A stretch of DNA of 64,000 nucleotides from Planctomycetota bacterium (GCA_965222115.1 CBDCTJ010000007.1:896001-960000), one strand, 5' to 3'; numbered from the stretch's first letter, positions 18,655-28,346 are shown. Made by a program: numbers and translations. The notes: a model not told the origin generated them from the sequence alone.

Positions 18655-20269
18655 ATCGACGGTTGCAGAGAACAACGCCACGATTGCTGCCTTGGACTCT
18701 GCGATTGCCGAGAAACATGCTGCGCTGGTCGAGAAGCAGGCGGCGGTTGCAGAACACCAAGCTGCGATCAAGGAACGAGAAGACGAGATCAGCAGGCTCG
18801 AACGCTACGTCGCTGCGCTTGAGCGCCTCGTAGCCAACAAGTCGGAGAAACGTCCACGCGCTGAGGCGATTGCGAAAGGGCAGCAGTTCTTAGCAGGCAT
18901 CTTTGAATCGGCGCTTCGAGGTACCGAGCAAACGAAAGAGGTGGCAACCGGGTCGCTCCCAGATACTCCGAAGAAGAAACGCCGCAAACGAGGGCGCCGC
19001 GCCACATTTCCTGATGATGTGCCTGTGTTTCGATCCACGTTTGAGCTGCCAGAAGATCAGCGTGTGTGTGCCTGTGGAAGCGAACTCACGCCTATGGGCG
19101 AGGAGGTGTCCCGTGAGCTTGAGCGCCTTGAGTTCACGATCATCCACGAGATCGCTCGAACGAAGTATTGCTGCCGTGGCTGCCAAGAAGGCGTCACAGT
19201 AGCAAGGGGGCCGATTCGCGTCATTGACAAGGGCATCCTTGGTGTGGGATTCCTGGCTCACGTACTCAGCGAACGATTCCAGAATCACATGCCGTACTAC
19301 CGACAAGAGAAGAGGTACGGTTCTGAAGGCCTTAAAGTTTCGCGTTCGGTGCTCTGCACGTCGGCCAAGCGCTGCGCGGACCTTCTGATGCCCATTGTGG
19401 ATCAGCTAAAGAAGGAGGTTTTGGACGCGGACATCGTCCACACGGACGACACGCCGGTGAAGATGCAGCAGCAGGATGCGCCGGGAACCAAGACCGCTCG
19501 GCTTTGGATTTATCGCGATCTGGATGGCAGCTCATTCTTCGACTTCACACCGAGTCGAAGCCGGGATGGACCGGCGAAGATCCTTCAAGACTTCAAGGGC
19601 TACTTGGTAGCCGACGCCTATCCGAGCTACGACAAGATGTTTCATCCTGAAGGTGCTACGGAGGTGGCGTGCTGGGCGCACACGCGCCGCAAGTTCATCG
19701 ACGCCGAGAAGACCGAGCCGCAGTTCGCCAAAGAAGCGATCGAAAAAATCGCAGCGCTTTACGCGCTTGAGAAATCAATGCGTGAACGTGAGGCTACGCC
19801 CAGCGAGCGAAGAGCGCTTCGAAACGAACATGCGAAACCTCGACTTCAAGCACTTCGAGCGTGGATGGCAGCGACGCGAACACAGGTACTCGACAAGAGT
19901 CCGCTTGCACGCGCCATCGACTACACGCTTGCCAATTGGGAAGCACTGTGCCGCTACACAACCGACGGACGATTACCGATTGACAACAACGCAGCCGAAC
20001 GCGCCCTGCGCGGAGTAGCTGTCGGGCGCAAGAATTGGCTGTTTATGGGCAATGATGGCGGCGGCAAGACGGCAGCTGCGATGTTTAGCCTCGTGGAGTC
20101 GTGCAAAGCCGCCGGCGTGAACGCGCGCGAATACTTCCGCGATGTGCTCCTTCGCATCTCAACGTGCTCGGACGTAACCAAGCTGACCCCACATGCTTGG
20201 AAAGAGCACTTTCTTGATGACGTAGAGCGTCGACGCCAAGAAGCGCTCAAGATGCTGATGCCGAAGTAG
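18611..20269 (+). CDS. tnpC: IS66 TnpC DDE transposase
   Basis: Coiled coil, Cys zinc finger, HTDDT, VADAY, CWAHTRRKF, IDNNAAERALR. Confidence 0.95.
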   Translation: MSQLDILLRRVQELESTVAENNATIAALDSAIAEKHAALVEKQAAVAEHQAAIKEREDEISRLERYVAALERLVANKSEKRPRAEAIAKGQQFLAGIFESALRGTEQTKEVATGSLPDTPKKKRRKRGRRATFPDDVPVFRSTFELPEDQRVCACGSELTPMGEEVSRELERLEFTIIHEIARTKYCCRGCQEGVTVARGPIRVIDKGILGVGFLAHVLSERFQNHMPYYRQEKRYGSEGLKVSRSVLCTSAKRCADLLMPIVDQLKKEVLDADIVHTDDTPVKMQQQDAPGTKTARLWIYRDLDGSSFFDFTPSRSRDGPAKILQDFKGYLVADAYPSYDKMFHPEGATEVACWAHTRRKFIDAEKTEPQFAKEAIEKIAALYALEKSMREREATPSERRALRNEHAKPRLQALRAWMAATRTQVLDKSPLARAIDYTLANWEALCRYTTDGRLPIDNNAAERALRGVAVGRKNWLFMGNDGGGKTAAAMFSLVESCKAAGVNAREYFRDVLLRISTCSDVTKLTPHAWKEHFLDDVERRRQEALKMLMPK

Positions 20270-20296
20270 CAGCCAATCCGGCGGATATCACGCCAA

Positions 20297-20368
20297 GAAA
20301 GAGGCGAAAGGCGTGGTTGGCAGAACGTTCACGAAAGAGGCGAAAGGCGTGGTTGGCAGAACGTTCAC
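20297..20368 (+). repeat. Perfect 36-bp tandem duplication of the IS66 right end
   Basis: GAAAGAGGCGAAAGGCGTGGTTGGCAGAACGTTCAC at 20297-20332 and 20333-20368. Confidence 0.95.
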
Positions 20369-20469
20369 GATATGTGGATAACTGCCTCGAACGCCGAGAA
20401 CGGACGCGCTGTTTGCGCGACAGATCACTGAAGCGCGCACGTCGCCCTGGGGGGCGCCGCTTGCGCTTT

Positions 20470-20565
20470 GGGGAAGCTAGGCGCTTCCCCGGAGCCTGTA
20501 CGGCTCCTTCGGTCGCTCGCTGGGGCTCGCTCCCAGGCCTCAGGCGCTAGGGCGCCTGGAGGCCT
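20470..20565. other. Cluster of four adjacent GC-rich hairpins at the island end
   Basis: GGGGAAGC/GCTTCCCC, GGAGCC/GGCTCC, CTGGG/CCCAG, AGGCCTCAGGCGC/GCGCCTG-G-AGGCCT. Confidence 0.7.
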
Positions 20566-20571
20566 CTCCAC

Positions 20572-21771
20572 CTAGGCCGGCCCGTGGTCTACGCGTTCAA
20601 AGAGCGCCGCCAAGCCAAGTCCGCCGCTAATGCAAAGTGTGGCGATGCCGGTTTTGGCACCTCGTTCGATCATGCTGTGAAGCAGCGTGGCCACGATTCG
20701 GCATCCGGTGGCGCCGATGGGATGGCCAAGAGCGATGCTGCCGCCATCCACATTGAGCTTGGCTTCGTCGATCTTGAGATCGTGATTGCATGCCAAGACT
20801 TGCGCCGCAAAGGCTTCATTGAGTTCCCAGAGGTCGATGTCGTCGACGGCTTTGCCGGTCTTTTCCAATAGCGCGCGTACCGCCGGAACGGGCCCGAGGC
20901 CCATCAGCGCCGGGTCAACTCCCGCCTCGGCATAGTCCACCAATCGCGCCATGGGCTTTACGCCATGTTTTTCGGCCGCGCTGCCTGACAGCACCACCAA
21001 CGCCGCGCCGCCGTCGGTAATGCCGCTCGCATTGCCCGCGTGTACGGTGCCGTCGGAGCGGAAGACGGGCTTGAGTTTGGCCATGCGTTCGACCGTGATG
21101 TCGTCCCGTGCGTGCTCATCGGCGACGAAGGTGTACTCGCCCTTCTTGCGATCTTTGAGCGTGATGCCGACCTTCTCTGCTGCGAAACGGTCGCGCGCCC
21201 GCGCCGCTTGGCAGCGCTGTTGACTCTGTGCGGCGTATCGATCTTGCTCCGCGCGCGAGATGTTGTACTTGTCGGCCAGTGTTTCGGCGGTGTCGCCCAT
21301 CAACTGATCGGCGAGTTTGCAGTGAAAGCCATCTTGGTACATACCGTCAATGACTTCGGCGCTACCCAGGCGATAGCCCCATCTCGCGCGCGGCAAAAAG
21401 TAGGGCGTGTTGGACATACTCTCCATGCCGCCGGCCAACACCACCGATGCCTGGCCAAGCCGAATTGCGTCCGCGCCAAGCAGCGCCGACTTCAGCCCGC
21501 TACCGCACGCCATGTTCACGGTGTAGGCGGGAGATTCGACGGGCACGCCGACTCGAACCGCAACCTGCCGACCGGTGCTTGGCCCCTGCCCCGCTTGGCG
21601 TCCGTGGCCGAAGATGGATTGATCCACAACGTCGGGGGCGATTCCCGCGCGCGCCAGCGCCGCCTCAGCCGCGCAAACCCCTAAATCTGGGGCGCTCAGC
21701 TTTGCGAGGCTCCCACCAAATTTGCCGATCGGGGTGCGGACGGCGCCAGCGACGAAGATGGGATCGACCAC
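20572..21771 (-). CDS. Acetyl-CoA C-acetyltransferase (thiolase)
   Basis: RTPIG, NMACGSG, NEAFA, GHPIGATG, CISGG; GTG start after GGAG. Confidence 0.95.
   Translation of the reverse strand: MVDPIFVAGAVRTPIGKFGGSLAKLSAPDLGVCAAEAALARAGIAPDVVDQSIFGHGRQAGQGPSTGRQVAVRVGVPVESPAYTVNMACGSGLKSALLGADAIRLGQASVVLAGGMESMSNTPYFLPRARWGYRLGSAEVIDGMYQDGFHCKLADQLMGDTAETLADKYNISRAEQDRYAAQSQQRCQAARARDRFAAEKVGITLKDRKKGEYTFVADEHARDDITVERMAKLKPVFRSDGTVHAGNASGITDGGAALVVLSGSAAEKHGVKPMARLVDYAEAGVDPALMGLGPVPAVRALLEKTGKAVDDIDLWELNEAFAAQVLACNHDLKIDEAKLNVDGGSIALGHPIGATGCRIVATLLHSMIERGAKTGIATLCISGGLGLAALFERVDHGPA
20591..20619 (+). repeat. att-like direct repeat, right copy (inside thiolase 3' end)
   Basis: ACGCGTTCAAAGAGCGCCGCCAAGCCAAG, one synonymous mismatch to 10008-10036. 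Confidence 0.85.
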
Positions 21772-21960
21772 GGTGACTCCTTTGTGATTATTTGAGCCGC
21801 GCGCCGTGGCAGGCGCGCCGCGGCCCAGGATCCTATCGCACCGCGCACGCCAGATGGTCTTCCGGTCGTGGGGACGGGGGAGACTTTGGCGCCGGAGCAA
21901 ACGCAATCGAGAATCAGCGAGCCGCACGCGCGGTGTCAGAAGGTTCCTAGGGAGCGATGG

Positions 21961-23289
21961 ATGGCCGCGAAGAAGTCCTCAAAGGCGAAGAAGGCGGCCG
22001 CCAAGAAGAAGACCTCCGCGCGCAAGAAGGCGGCTAAGAAGAAGGTCGCGAAAAAGGCAAAGTCCAAGAAGGCTTCGTCGAAGAAGGCCAAAGCGAAGAA
22101 GTCGACAAAGAAGAAAGCCAAGGCGACGAAGAAAGCTGCACCCAAGAAGGTTGCTAAGAAGGCAACGCCAAAGAAAGCTGCGAAGAAGAAGTCCACGGCA
22201 AAGAAGTCTGCGAAGAAGAAGTCTGCGAAGAAGAAGGCAGCGAAGAAGGCATCGTCAAAGGCTGCCAAAGAGCCCACGCATGATCCCGACGTCATAGAAG
22301 TTGTTCAGCCGCGCGTAGGCCCCGATGCCCCGCCATTGCCGCCGCCACCACCACCGCCCGAGCCCGAGATCGAAGTCGAGCCCACGCTGCCGCCGATGCC
22401 CAAAATGCCGCCTCGACGCAGTGATGGGGCCATTCGTTTGGCCTACGGCGTGACGCCGGATCAAGCCTTCATGATGTTTGCACTGGCCAACGAGAAAGTG
22501 GACACCGAAGATCGGCGCTACGAATTCTATCGTGCCGAGAGTCATGAGTTGGCGGCCGAAGCGCACAAGGGTACCTACGACGTAAGTGCGGTGTCGGTGG
22601 GTATGTATCCGTCAATTCAGGCGCGCTACCTATTGCTTACGTGTGGTTGTGCCTTTGGCGATCATCGCGGGCCGTGTCTCGTCGCGCGTTCCCCGATTCG
22701 TGCCCATGAAGTCCAGGGACTACACGTAGCGGTACCGGCCGAGGACGACAGCGCGGCGTTGGCGTTGCGATTGTGGTTGCCCCAAGCTGAGCTCAAACTT
22801 GTTCCGATGCCCACGCGACAGATCAGTTTGATGGTGCGCGCGCAAAAGATTCGTGCCGGTTTGCTCGTGAATGAAGATCAAGTCACCTACCGCGATCACA
22901 ATCTCGTGCGTGTTGTGGACTTGGGTCACTGGTGGGCCGAAAAGACGGAAGGGTTGCCCTTGGCTCTCGGCATCAATGTGATTCGTCGCGACATTCCGTT
23001 TGACGATCGCAAGAAAATCGCACTCGATCTCAAACGCTCGATTGCCTATGCGTTGGGTCATCGCGAAGAAGCGGTTGCGTGGGCACTTCAGTTTTCGCCC
23101 AAGCTAAATGGCGAACAGGTGGATCAGTACGTTTCGCGCTACGTGAACGAACTTTCGCTCGACGGCGGTGAACGCGGGCGCCAGGCTGTGCGACTACTCT
23201 TTGCCGAACTCAAGCGTCAGGGATTTCGTCAGGACGACGTGGAACCCTTCTTCCACGACTATGACGAGGATGAAGCGGCGGCGTTGTGA
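21961..23289 (+). CDS. MqnD-like protein fused to an N-terminal histone H1-like Lys/Ala-rich tail
   Basis: ~100 aa of KKAAKK repeats, Pro-rich linker, then MqnD scaffold (AFM..AL, GP..VA, DLG.WW...T.GLPL.LG..VIRRD, YVN). Confidence 0.85.
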   Translation: MAAKKSSKAKKAAAKKKTSARKKAAKKKVAKKAKSKKASSKKAKAKKSTKKKAKATKKAAPKKVAKKATPKKAAKKKSTAKKSAKKKSAKKKAAKKASSKAAKEPTHDPDVIEVVQPRVGPDAPPLPPPPPPPEPEIEVEPTLPPMPKMPPRRSDGAIRLAYGVTPDQAFMMFALANEKVDTEDRRYEFYRAESHELAAEAHKGTYDVSAVSVGMYPSIQARYLLLTCGCAFGDHRGPCLVARSPIRAHEVQGLHVAVPAEDDSAALALRLWLPQAELKLVPMPTRQISLMVRAQKIRAGLLVNEDQVTYRDHNLVRVVDLGHWWAEKTEGLPLALGINVIRRDIPFDDRKKIALDLKRSIAYALGHREEAVAWALQFSPKLNGEQVDQYVSRYVNELSLDGGERGRQAVRLLFAELKRQGFRQDDVEPFFHDYDEDEAAAL

Positions 23290-23699
23290 ACACCAGCGAG
23301 TCTGCGACGCGGCGCAAGTCCGCCCCCGGGAGTCGGCGACGCTGGCACAAACGATGGACGCGTGCTTCACTCTGGCTCACGCTGCTCGCGCTCTGTGCGT
23401 TTGTCGTTGCCACGGTGAGCATATGTTCCACCCTCGGACGCGACGAGAAGGCCGACGGCACGGAAGCGCTGCTTGAACAGCTTTCCGTTGCACTCACAAA
23501 CAACCATAAGGCCACAGGCGCACTACCCGAAACGCTACTGGAACTCACAGGGGTGGCGCGTGGCGACATAGGACGCGAAGACGCCTACGGCACCACCATT
23601 CGCTACACTCGCGTCGATAGCGCGAAGGGCACGTTTGAGATTCGTTCCGCCGGACCTGACAAGTCGTTTGATACCGACGACGACGTGACGCGACCGTGA
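23286..23699 (+). CDS. Membrane-anchored GspG C-terminal (T2SSG)-like protein
   Basis: One TM helix, LP..L..L, DAYG...Y, FEIRSAGPD..F.T.DD. Confidence 0.7.
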   Translation: MNTSESATRRKSAPGSRRRWHKRWTRASLWLTLLALCAFVVATVSICSTLGRDEKADGTEALLEQLSVALTNNHKATGALPETLLELTGVARGDIGREDAYGTTIRYTRVDSAKGTFEIRSAGPDKSFDTDDDVTRP

Positions 23700-23718
23700 A
23701 CAGAACAAACTCGAATCG

Positions 23719-24918
23719 CTACGCGGCAATGACCTTTAGCGCCTTCCCCACTTTCGTAAACGCGGCAATGGCTTGATCGACGTCGGCTTCACTGTGGGCA
23801 GCAGAGAGTTGCACACGAATGCGCGCTTGTCCCTTGGGCACCACCGGGTAGCTAAAGCCAATCACGTAGATGCCCTCCCCGAGCAACGCATCAGCCATCT
23901 CCATACTGAGACGCGCGTCGCCGAGCATGATGGGAACAATGGGGTGTACGCCTGGGCGAATATCAAATCCTGCGGCGGTCATACCCTTGCGAAAGCGCGT
24001 GGTGTTGTGTTCGAGCTTGTCGCGCAGTTCGGTGCTTGCCCCCAAGAGTTTCATGCACGCGAGTGACGCAGCCACGATGGGCGGCGCCAGCGTGTTGCTA
24101 AAGAGATAGGGCCTTGAGCGTTGACGTAAGAGATCGACAATCTCCTTGCGCGCTGCCGTAAATCCACCCGACGCACCGCCCAGCGCCTTGCCAAGCGTGG
24201 ACGTAATGATGTCGATGCGACCCATGACGCCGCAGTGTTCGGCAGTGCCTCGCCCCGTCTTGCCCAAGAAGCCCGACGAATGGCAGTCATCAATCATGAC
24301 CATCGCCTGAAACGTGTCGGCGATATCGCAAATGGACTTCAAGTCAGCAATGTCGCCGTCCATGGAGAACACGCCGTCCGTGGCAATCAACATGCGCTTG
24401 GCGCCTGCGGCCTTGGCTTCTGTCAGTTTGGCCTTGAGATAGCTCATGTCATTGTGGGCATAGCGATAGCGCTTTGCTTTGCACAGGCGAATGCCGTCGA
24501 TAATGGACGCGTGATTGAGCGACGCAGAAATGATGGCGTCTTCGGGTCCTAGAATGGTCTCAAAGAGTCCACCGTTGGCATCGAAACATGAGCTATAGAG
24601 AATGCAGTCTTCCGTGCCCACAAAGTCGGCAAGCGCGCGTTCAAGTTCTTTGTGTCGATCCTGCGTGCCGCAGATAAAGCGCACCGACGACATGCCAAAG
24701 CCGCGCTCGCTGAGTGAATCGCCCGCGGCTTTCAAGATTGCCGGATGACTGGAGAGGCCGAGGTAGTTGTTGGCGCAAAAGTTGAGTACCGATGGGCCCT
24801 CGGCGACGTCGATGCGCGCCTGCTGCGGGCCTGTAATAATGCGTTCGTGTTTCGTGAGCCCCGCGGCCTCGATCGCGTCGAGCTCCTCCTGATAACTGGC
24901 GCGTACGGTGTCAAACAT
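23719..24918 (-). CDS. kbl: Glycine C-acetyltransferase (2-amino-3-ketobutyrate CoA ligase)
   Basis: [49 protein letters not shown]. Confidence 0.96.
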   Translation of the reverse strand: MFDTVRASYQEELDAIEAAGLTKHERIITGPQQARIDVAEGPSVLNFCANNYLGLSSHPAILKAAGDSLSERGFGMSSVRFICGTQDRHKELERALADFVGTEDCILYSSCFDANGGLFETILGPEDAIISASLNHASIIDGIRLCKAKRYRYAHNDMSYLKAKLTEAKAAGAKRMLIATDGVFSMDGDIADLKSICDIADTFQAMVMIDDCHSSGFLGKTGRGTAEHCGVMGRIDIITSTLGKALGGASGGFTAARKEIVDLLRQRSRPYLFSNTLAPPIVAASLACMKLLGASTELRDKLEHNTTRFRKGMTAAGFDIRPGVHPIVPIMLGDARLSMEMADALLGEGIYVIGFSYPVVPKGQARIRVQLSAAHSEADVDQAIAAFTKVGKALKVIAA

Positions 24919-25115
24919 GCGGGGCTCCCAAAGGCTTCGAGCAAGTTGCCAAACCATAGCTCATTCCCGCACACGTCTCCAACGATGGAACGTCTGCTAC
25001 CGCCCGCCAACAAAAAGGGGCGTTCGCACAGGGAAGGATCTTGCCGTTCGCGCGTACCATGTTGCGGGTGCTTGGGTTCGATTCCACATGAACGCCGGTT
25101 TCCCTGCGAGTCGCC

Positions 25116-27809
25116 ATGAAGCAATCCTCCGCCCCCATGAACCCGCGTGCGTCCAAGCGCGAGATCTTGAGACCCTGGCAGCGTGTTGTCGTGCGTGTAT
25201 TGGCGCTCGGCTTCGTCTTGATTGCAGGTACTGGCGTGTTTTTGGCAGGATCGGACGGCGCCTCGTCGGCGGGGGCCATGGCCTTGCTCGTGCACGTCGC
25301 GGTCGGTGTCCTGTTGTTGCCGGTGTTGCTCGCATTTGTGATTCCCCATGCGCGCGAACATATGCGACGCAAACCTGTGATTGCTTTTACCGGCGCGCTC
25401 GTCTTGGCGGCCGGGCTCATTGCAACGTGGACGGGCGCGCAACTCAGTTGGATTCGGCGATCGTTGTTGGCCGAGTCCACGACGATGCTTCATTGGGCAT
25501 CCGGCATGGGTCTGATTGTGCTCTACGCCGTTCATCGTCGCTATGGCACGAACCCTGCACCGTGGTCACGCTTGGCAACGAGCGTTGCTCTGTTGGTGGG
25601 CGTCGCACTCGCATTCGTTGTATGGGAGTCGGGCGAACCGAAATCGCCGTGGGCACTCCAGGCCTCCACCGCGGAGGCCTCGGCGTCGCGTTCAGAACTC
25701 TTGCTGAGTCGTTCGGCCGTAGGGGGGGCACGCACGGGTCGGCAAGCGCTCCTTGAGGATTCGCGCCTCATTGCCGACGTAACGCGGTGCGGTGAGTGCC
25801 ATGCCGCGATTGTTCGCGATCATGAGCGCAGCGCCCACAAACACAGTTCGTTCAACAATCCGTTTTATCGCGGCAGCATTGAGTCCATGCGTGAGCGTTA
25901 TCCGCTCGAGGGCACCAAATGGTGCGCGGGCTGTCATGATCCAGCGCCTCTGTTTACAGGCACCATGGCGTCGCCCGATCTCGATATGGATGCGCCCGAC
26001 TCGCAGTTGGGACTCACGTGTTTGTCGTGCCACGCCATTGAGCCGCAGAGCCACGTGGGCAATGGCGATTATGTGTTGCGCAAGCACCGTGCCTATGCAT
26101 GGGAGTCGAGCGACGATCCCACCGTGTTACGTGCCCACGATGTGTTGCTACGCATGAAGCCCCAAGCTCACGCGGAGAGTCTCACGCCCAAGAACATTCG
26201 CAGCGGCGAGTTCTGTTCGGTGTGCCACAAGGCCACCATTCCCGAAGAACTCAACGACTGGCACTTGGTGCGTGCGCAGACCGAGTACGACGATTGGCAC
26301 AACAGCGGCGTGAGCCTAAACAATGTGCGCTCGTTCTATCATCCGCCTTCGGCGAAAGTCTGTGCCGACTGCCATATGCCCAAGCGCTTGGATCCCGACG
26401 ACCCGTCCGCCGACGAGAACGGGCTTGTGGCGAGCCATCTTTTTGCGGCAGCGAATACAGCGCTTCCGTACCTGCGCGGCGACACCGACATGATTGCGCT
26501 CCAGCGCGCTTTCTTAAGGACCGCTATGCGAGTGGATGTAACGGGCGTCGTTCTGCCCGCCGGTGAAAGCGAGTCCACACGCCTCTACGCGCCCGCCGCG
26601 AAGCACGATCTTCGCGTGAAGCCGGGCGAAATCGTTGAGGCCCATGTGGTGGTACGCAACCTCGGCGTAGGCCATCGCTTTCCGGCCGGTACGACGGATT
26701 CAAACGAGATTTGGATCGAGTTCAAAGCCACAGCGGGTGCCAACACATTCTATGTATCTGGCGCGGTCGATCCGGTTAACAAGACCGTGGATCCCTCCGC
26801 CGAACACTATCGAAGTTACGCGGCGACACGCGATGGCAAGCGCTTCGTGTCACGCGTGGGCGTTGATGTATACACACCCATCTATAGCCGGCGCATTGGT
26901 CCCGGTACCGCGGATGTTGTCCGCTACCGATTTCGTGTGCCTGAAGACGCGGAGGGCGCACTCCGTCTCGACGCGCGGTTGCGTTATCGCAAGTTCATGA
27001 TGCCCTACATCGACTTCCTCTTTCCCGATTCGAAAGTGATCAAACACCGCCAAATGGACGGGTCGATGGCCGACGTCGATTTGATGAATCTGCCGATCAT
27101 CGACATGGCCGAGGGCACCCTCGAGTTGCCCATTCATGCCGATGGAACGTCGGGCGCACCGCCTCCGGCAAGTGACGTCGCAGCCCCTAGTGATCGCGTG
27201 TTGGTCAATGACCTCGCCATTGCCTATTTGCTGCAAGGCAGCCCCACGGCCGCGCTCCCCTTGTTTCAAGAAGTAACGAAGATCGATCCCGCGTACGCCG
27301 ATGGATGGGTCAACGTGGGGCGCGCGCACGAAGCCCTCAGTCAGTTCACCGAAGCACGCCGCGCCCTTCGCACCGCCGATCGATTGCGACCGGGTTGGGC
27401 CAAGCCGCGTTACTTCGAAGGGCTGATCGCCGAGAAAGAGGCCAAGTTTGAAGAGGCCGAGCGCGCCTACCGCCATGTACTTATGACGTTTCCCAAGGAC
27501 CGCGAAACATTGCGCCGCCTGGCCGATACGCTTTGGAACCTCGATCGACCCAAAGAAGCCCTAAAAACGCTCGATGCGTTGCTCGACATTGATCCCGAAG
27601 ACGCTGGCGCGTGGCGCATCGCCATTGCGTGTTACAAGGCCATTGGCGATGAAGAAGCCGTTGAGGCCGCAAGTCGCGCCTGGGATCGGTTCCGTCCCGA
27701 TGACACCGCCCGCACGCGCAGTGGACCCATCTTGGTGAAGGACAGCAATCTGCTGCGCTTGTCTCAATCCATTCACAAGCATGTGCAAGAGGGATTGGAT
27801 GGGGAGTAG
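25116..27809 (+). CDS. Membrane-anchored multiheme cytochrome c with C-terminal TPR repeats
   Basis: N-terminal TM bundle, five CxxCH (CGECH, CAGCH, CLSCH, CSVCH, CADCH), GH.FP.G, TPRs. Confidence 0.88.
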   Translation: MKQSSAPMNPRASKREILRPWQRVVVRVLALGFVLIAGTGVFLAGSDGASSAGAMALLVHVAVGVLLLPVLLAFVIPHAREHMRRKPVIAFTGALVLAAGLIATWTGAQLSWIRRSLLAESTTMLHWASGMGLIVLYAVHRRYGTNPAPWSRLATSVALLVGVALAFVVWESGEPKSPWALQASTAEASASRSELLLSRSAVGGARTGRQALLEDSRLIADVTRCGECHAAIVRDHERSAHKHSSFNNPFYRGSIESMRERYPLEGTKWCAGCHDPAPLFTGTMASPDLDMDAPDSQLGLTCLSCHAIEPQSHVGNGDYVLRKHRAYAWESSDDPTVLRAHDVLLRMKPQAHAESLTPKNIRSGEFCSVCHKATIPEELNDWHLVRAQTEYDDWHNSGVSLNNVRSFYHPPSAKVCADCHMPKRLDPDDPSADENGLVASHLFAAANTALPYLRGDTDMIALQRAFLRTAMRVDVTGVVLPAGESESTRLYAPAAKHDLRVKPGEIVEAHVVVRNLGVGHRFPAGTTDSNEIWIEFKATAGANTFYVSGAVDPVNKTVDPSAEHYRSYAATRDGKRFVSRVGVDVYTPIYSRRIGPGTADVVRYRFRVPEDAEGALRLDARLRYRKFMMPYIDFLFPDSKVIKHRQMDGSMADVDLMNLPIIDMAEGTLELPIHADGTSGAPPPASDVAAPSDRVLVNDLAIAYLLQGSPTAALPLFQEVTKIDPAYADGWVNVGRAHEALSQFTEARRALRTADRLRPGWAKPRYFEGLIAEKEAKFEEAERAYRHVLMTFPKDRETLRRLADTLWNLDRPKEALKTLDALLDIDPEDAGAWRIAIACYKAIGDEEAVEAASRAWDRFRPDDTARTRSGPILVKDSNLLRLSQSIHKHVQEGLDGE

Positions 27810-27824
27810 ACCGATGATTGCGAG

Positions 27825-28346
27825 TTAGCTTTTCGGCACCTCGAACACATCATCTGGCGCCAGCCTAAAGCCTCGAATCACATCGGAGTTGGCGCGTTTT
27901 GCGCCCTTGAACGTGCGAACCTCGTTGAGGCAAACGACGTCGATCGTTCGCTGCTCGCCGTCCACGAGCCACACTTCCTTGACACCGAGTCCCAGTAACC
28001 GTCTGGTCTTGAAATCACGATCTCGCTTCTTGGTGGACGGGGACAAGATCTCGAATACGGCCAGCGGCACGCCGACATACTGGTCGTCGTCGGCGGGCAC
28101 GCGATCAAGAACGACGATGTCGGGGACGAACACGTTGATTTCGTCAACCAACACATCGACCGGTCCTGGAACGGCACGGGCCGTTTCTACGAGTGAATGC
28201 AGCCGTTTCAAAATGGCGGCCTGAACTCGTTGGTGACCATAGCGCGGTGACGGCTGTCTAACGAGCATTCCATCACACAGCTCCACGCGGGTGCCTTCGG
28301 GGAGCAGTTCGTATTCTTTTCGGGTGGTGAGTGTTGTCATTTCCAT
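27825..28346 (-). CDS. Uma2-family putative endonuclease
   Basis: EL.DG....PSP...HQ, PDIVV, EILSPST...D...K, GV.E.W.VD. Confidence 0.9.
   Translation of the reverse strand: MEMTTLTTRKEYELLPEGTRVELCDGMLVRQPSPRYGHQRVQAAILKRLHSLVETARAVPGPVDVLVDEINVFVPDIVVLDRVPADDDQYVGVPLAVFEILSPSTKKRDRDFKTRRLLGLGVKEVWLVDGEQRTIDVVCLNEVRTFKGAKRANSDVIRGFRLAPDDVFEVPKS

Larger units (their letters stand above)
17834..20368 (+). mobile_element. IS66-family insertion sequence
   Basis: Left end GTAAGCG..., tnpA-tnpB-tnpC, right end ...CAGAACGTTCAC; no 8-bp target duplication seen. Confidence 0.92.
10008..20619. mobile_element. Genomic island remnant integrated in the thiolase 3' end
   Basis: 29-bp direct repeat (28/29 identical) at both ends, visibly lower GC cargo, parA fragment, Rhs toxin, IS66; no integrase seen. 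Confidence 0.8.

Noticed and set aside
20297-20368. 36-bp repeats as a CRISPR array
   Set aside because: Two directly abutting copies with no spacer, identical to the IS66 right end; no cas genes in the window.
21936-22295. Phe/Ala-rich minus-strand ORF and Arg-rich alternative-frame ORF
   Set aside because: Shadows of the Lys/Ala repeat coding sequence.
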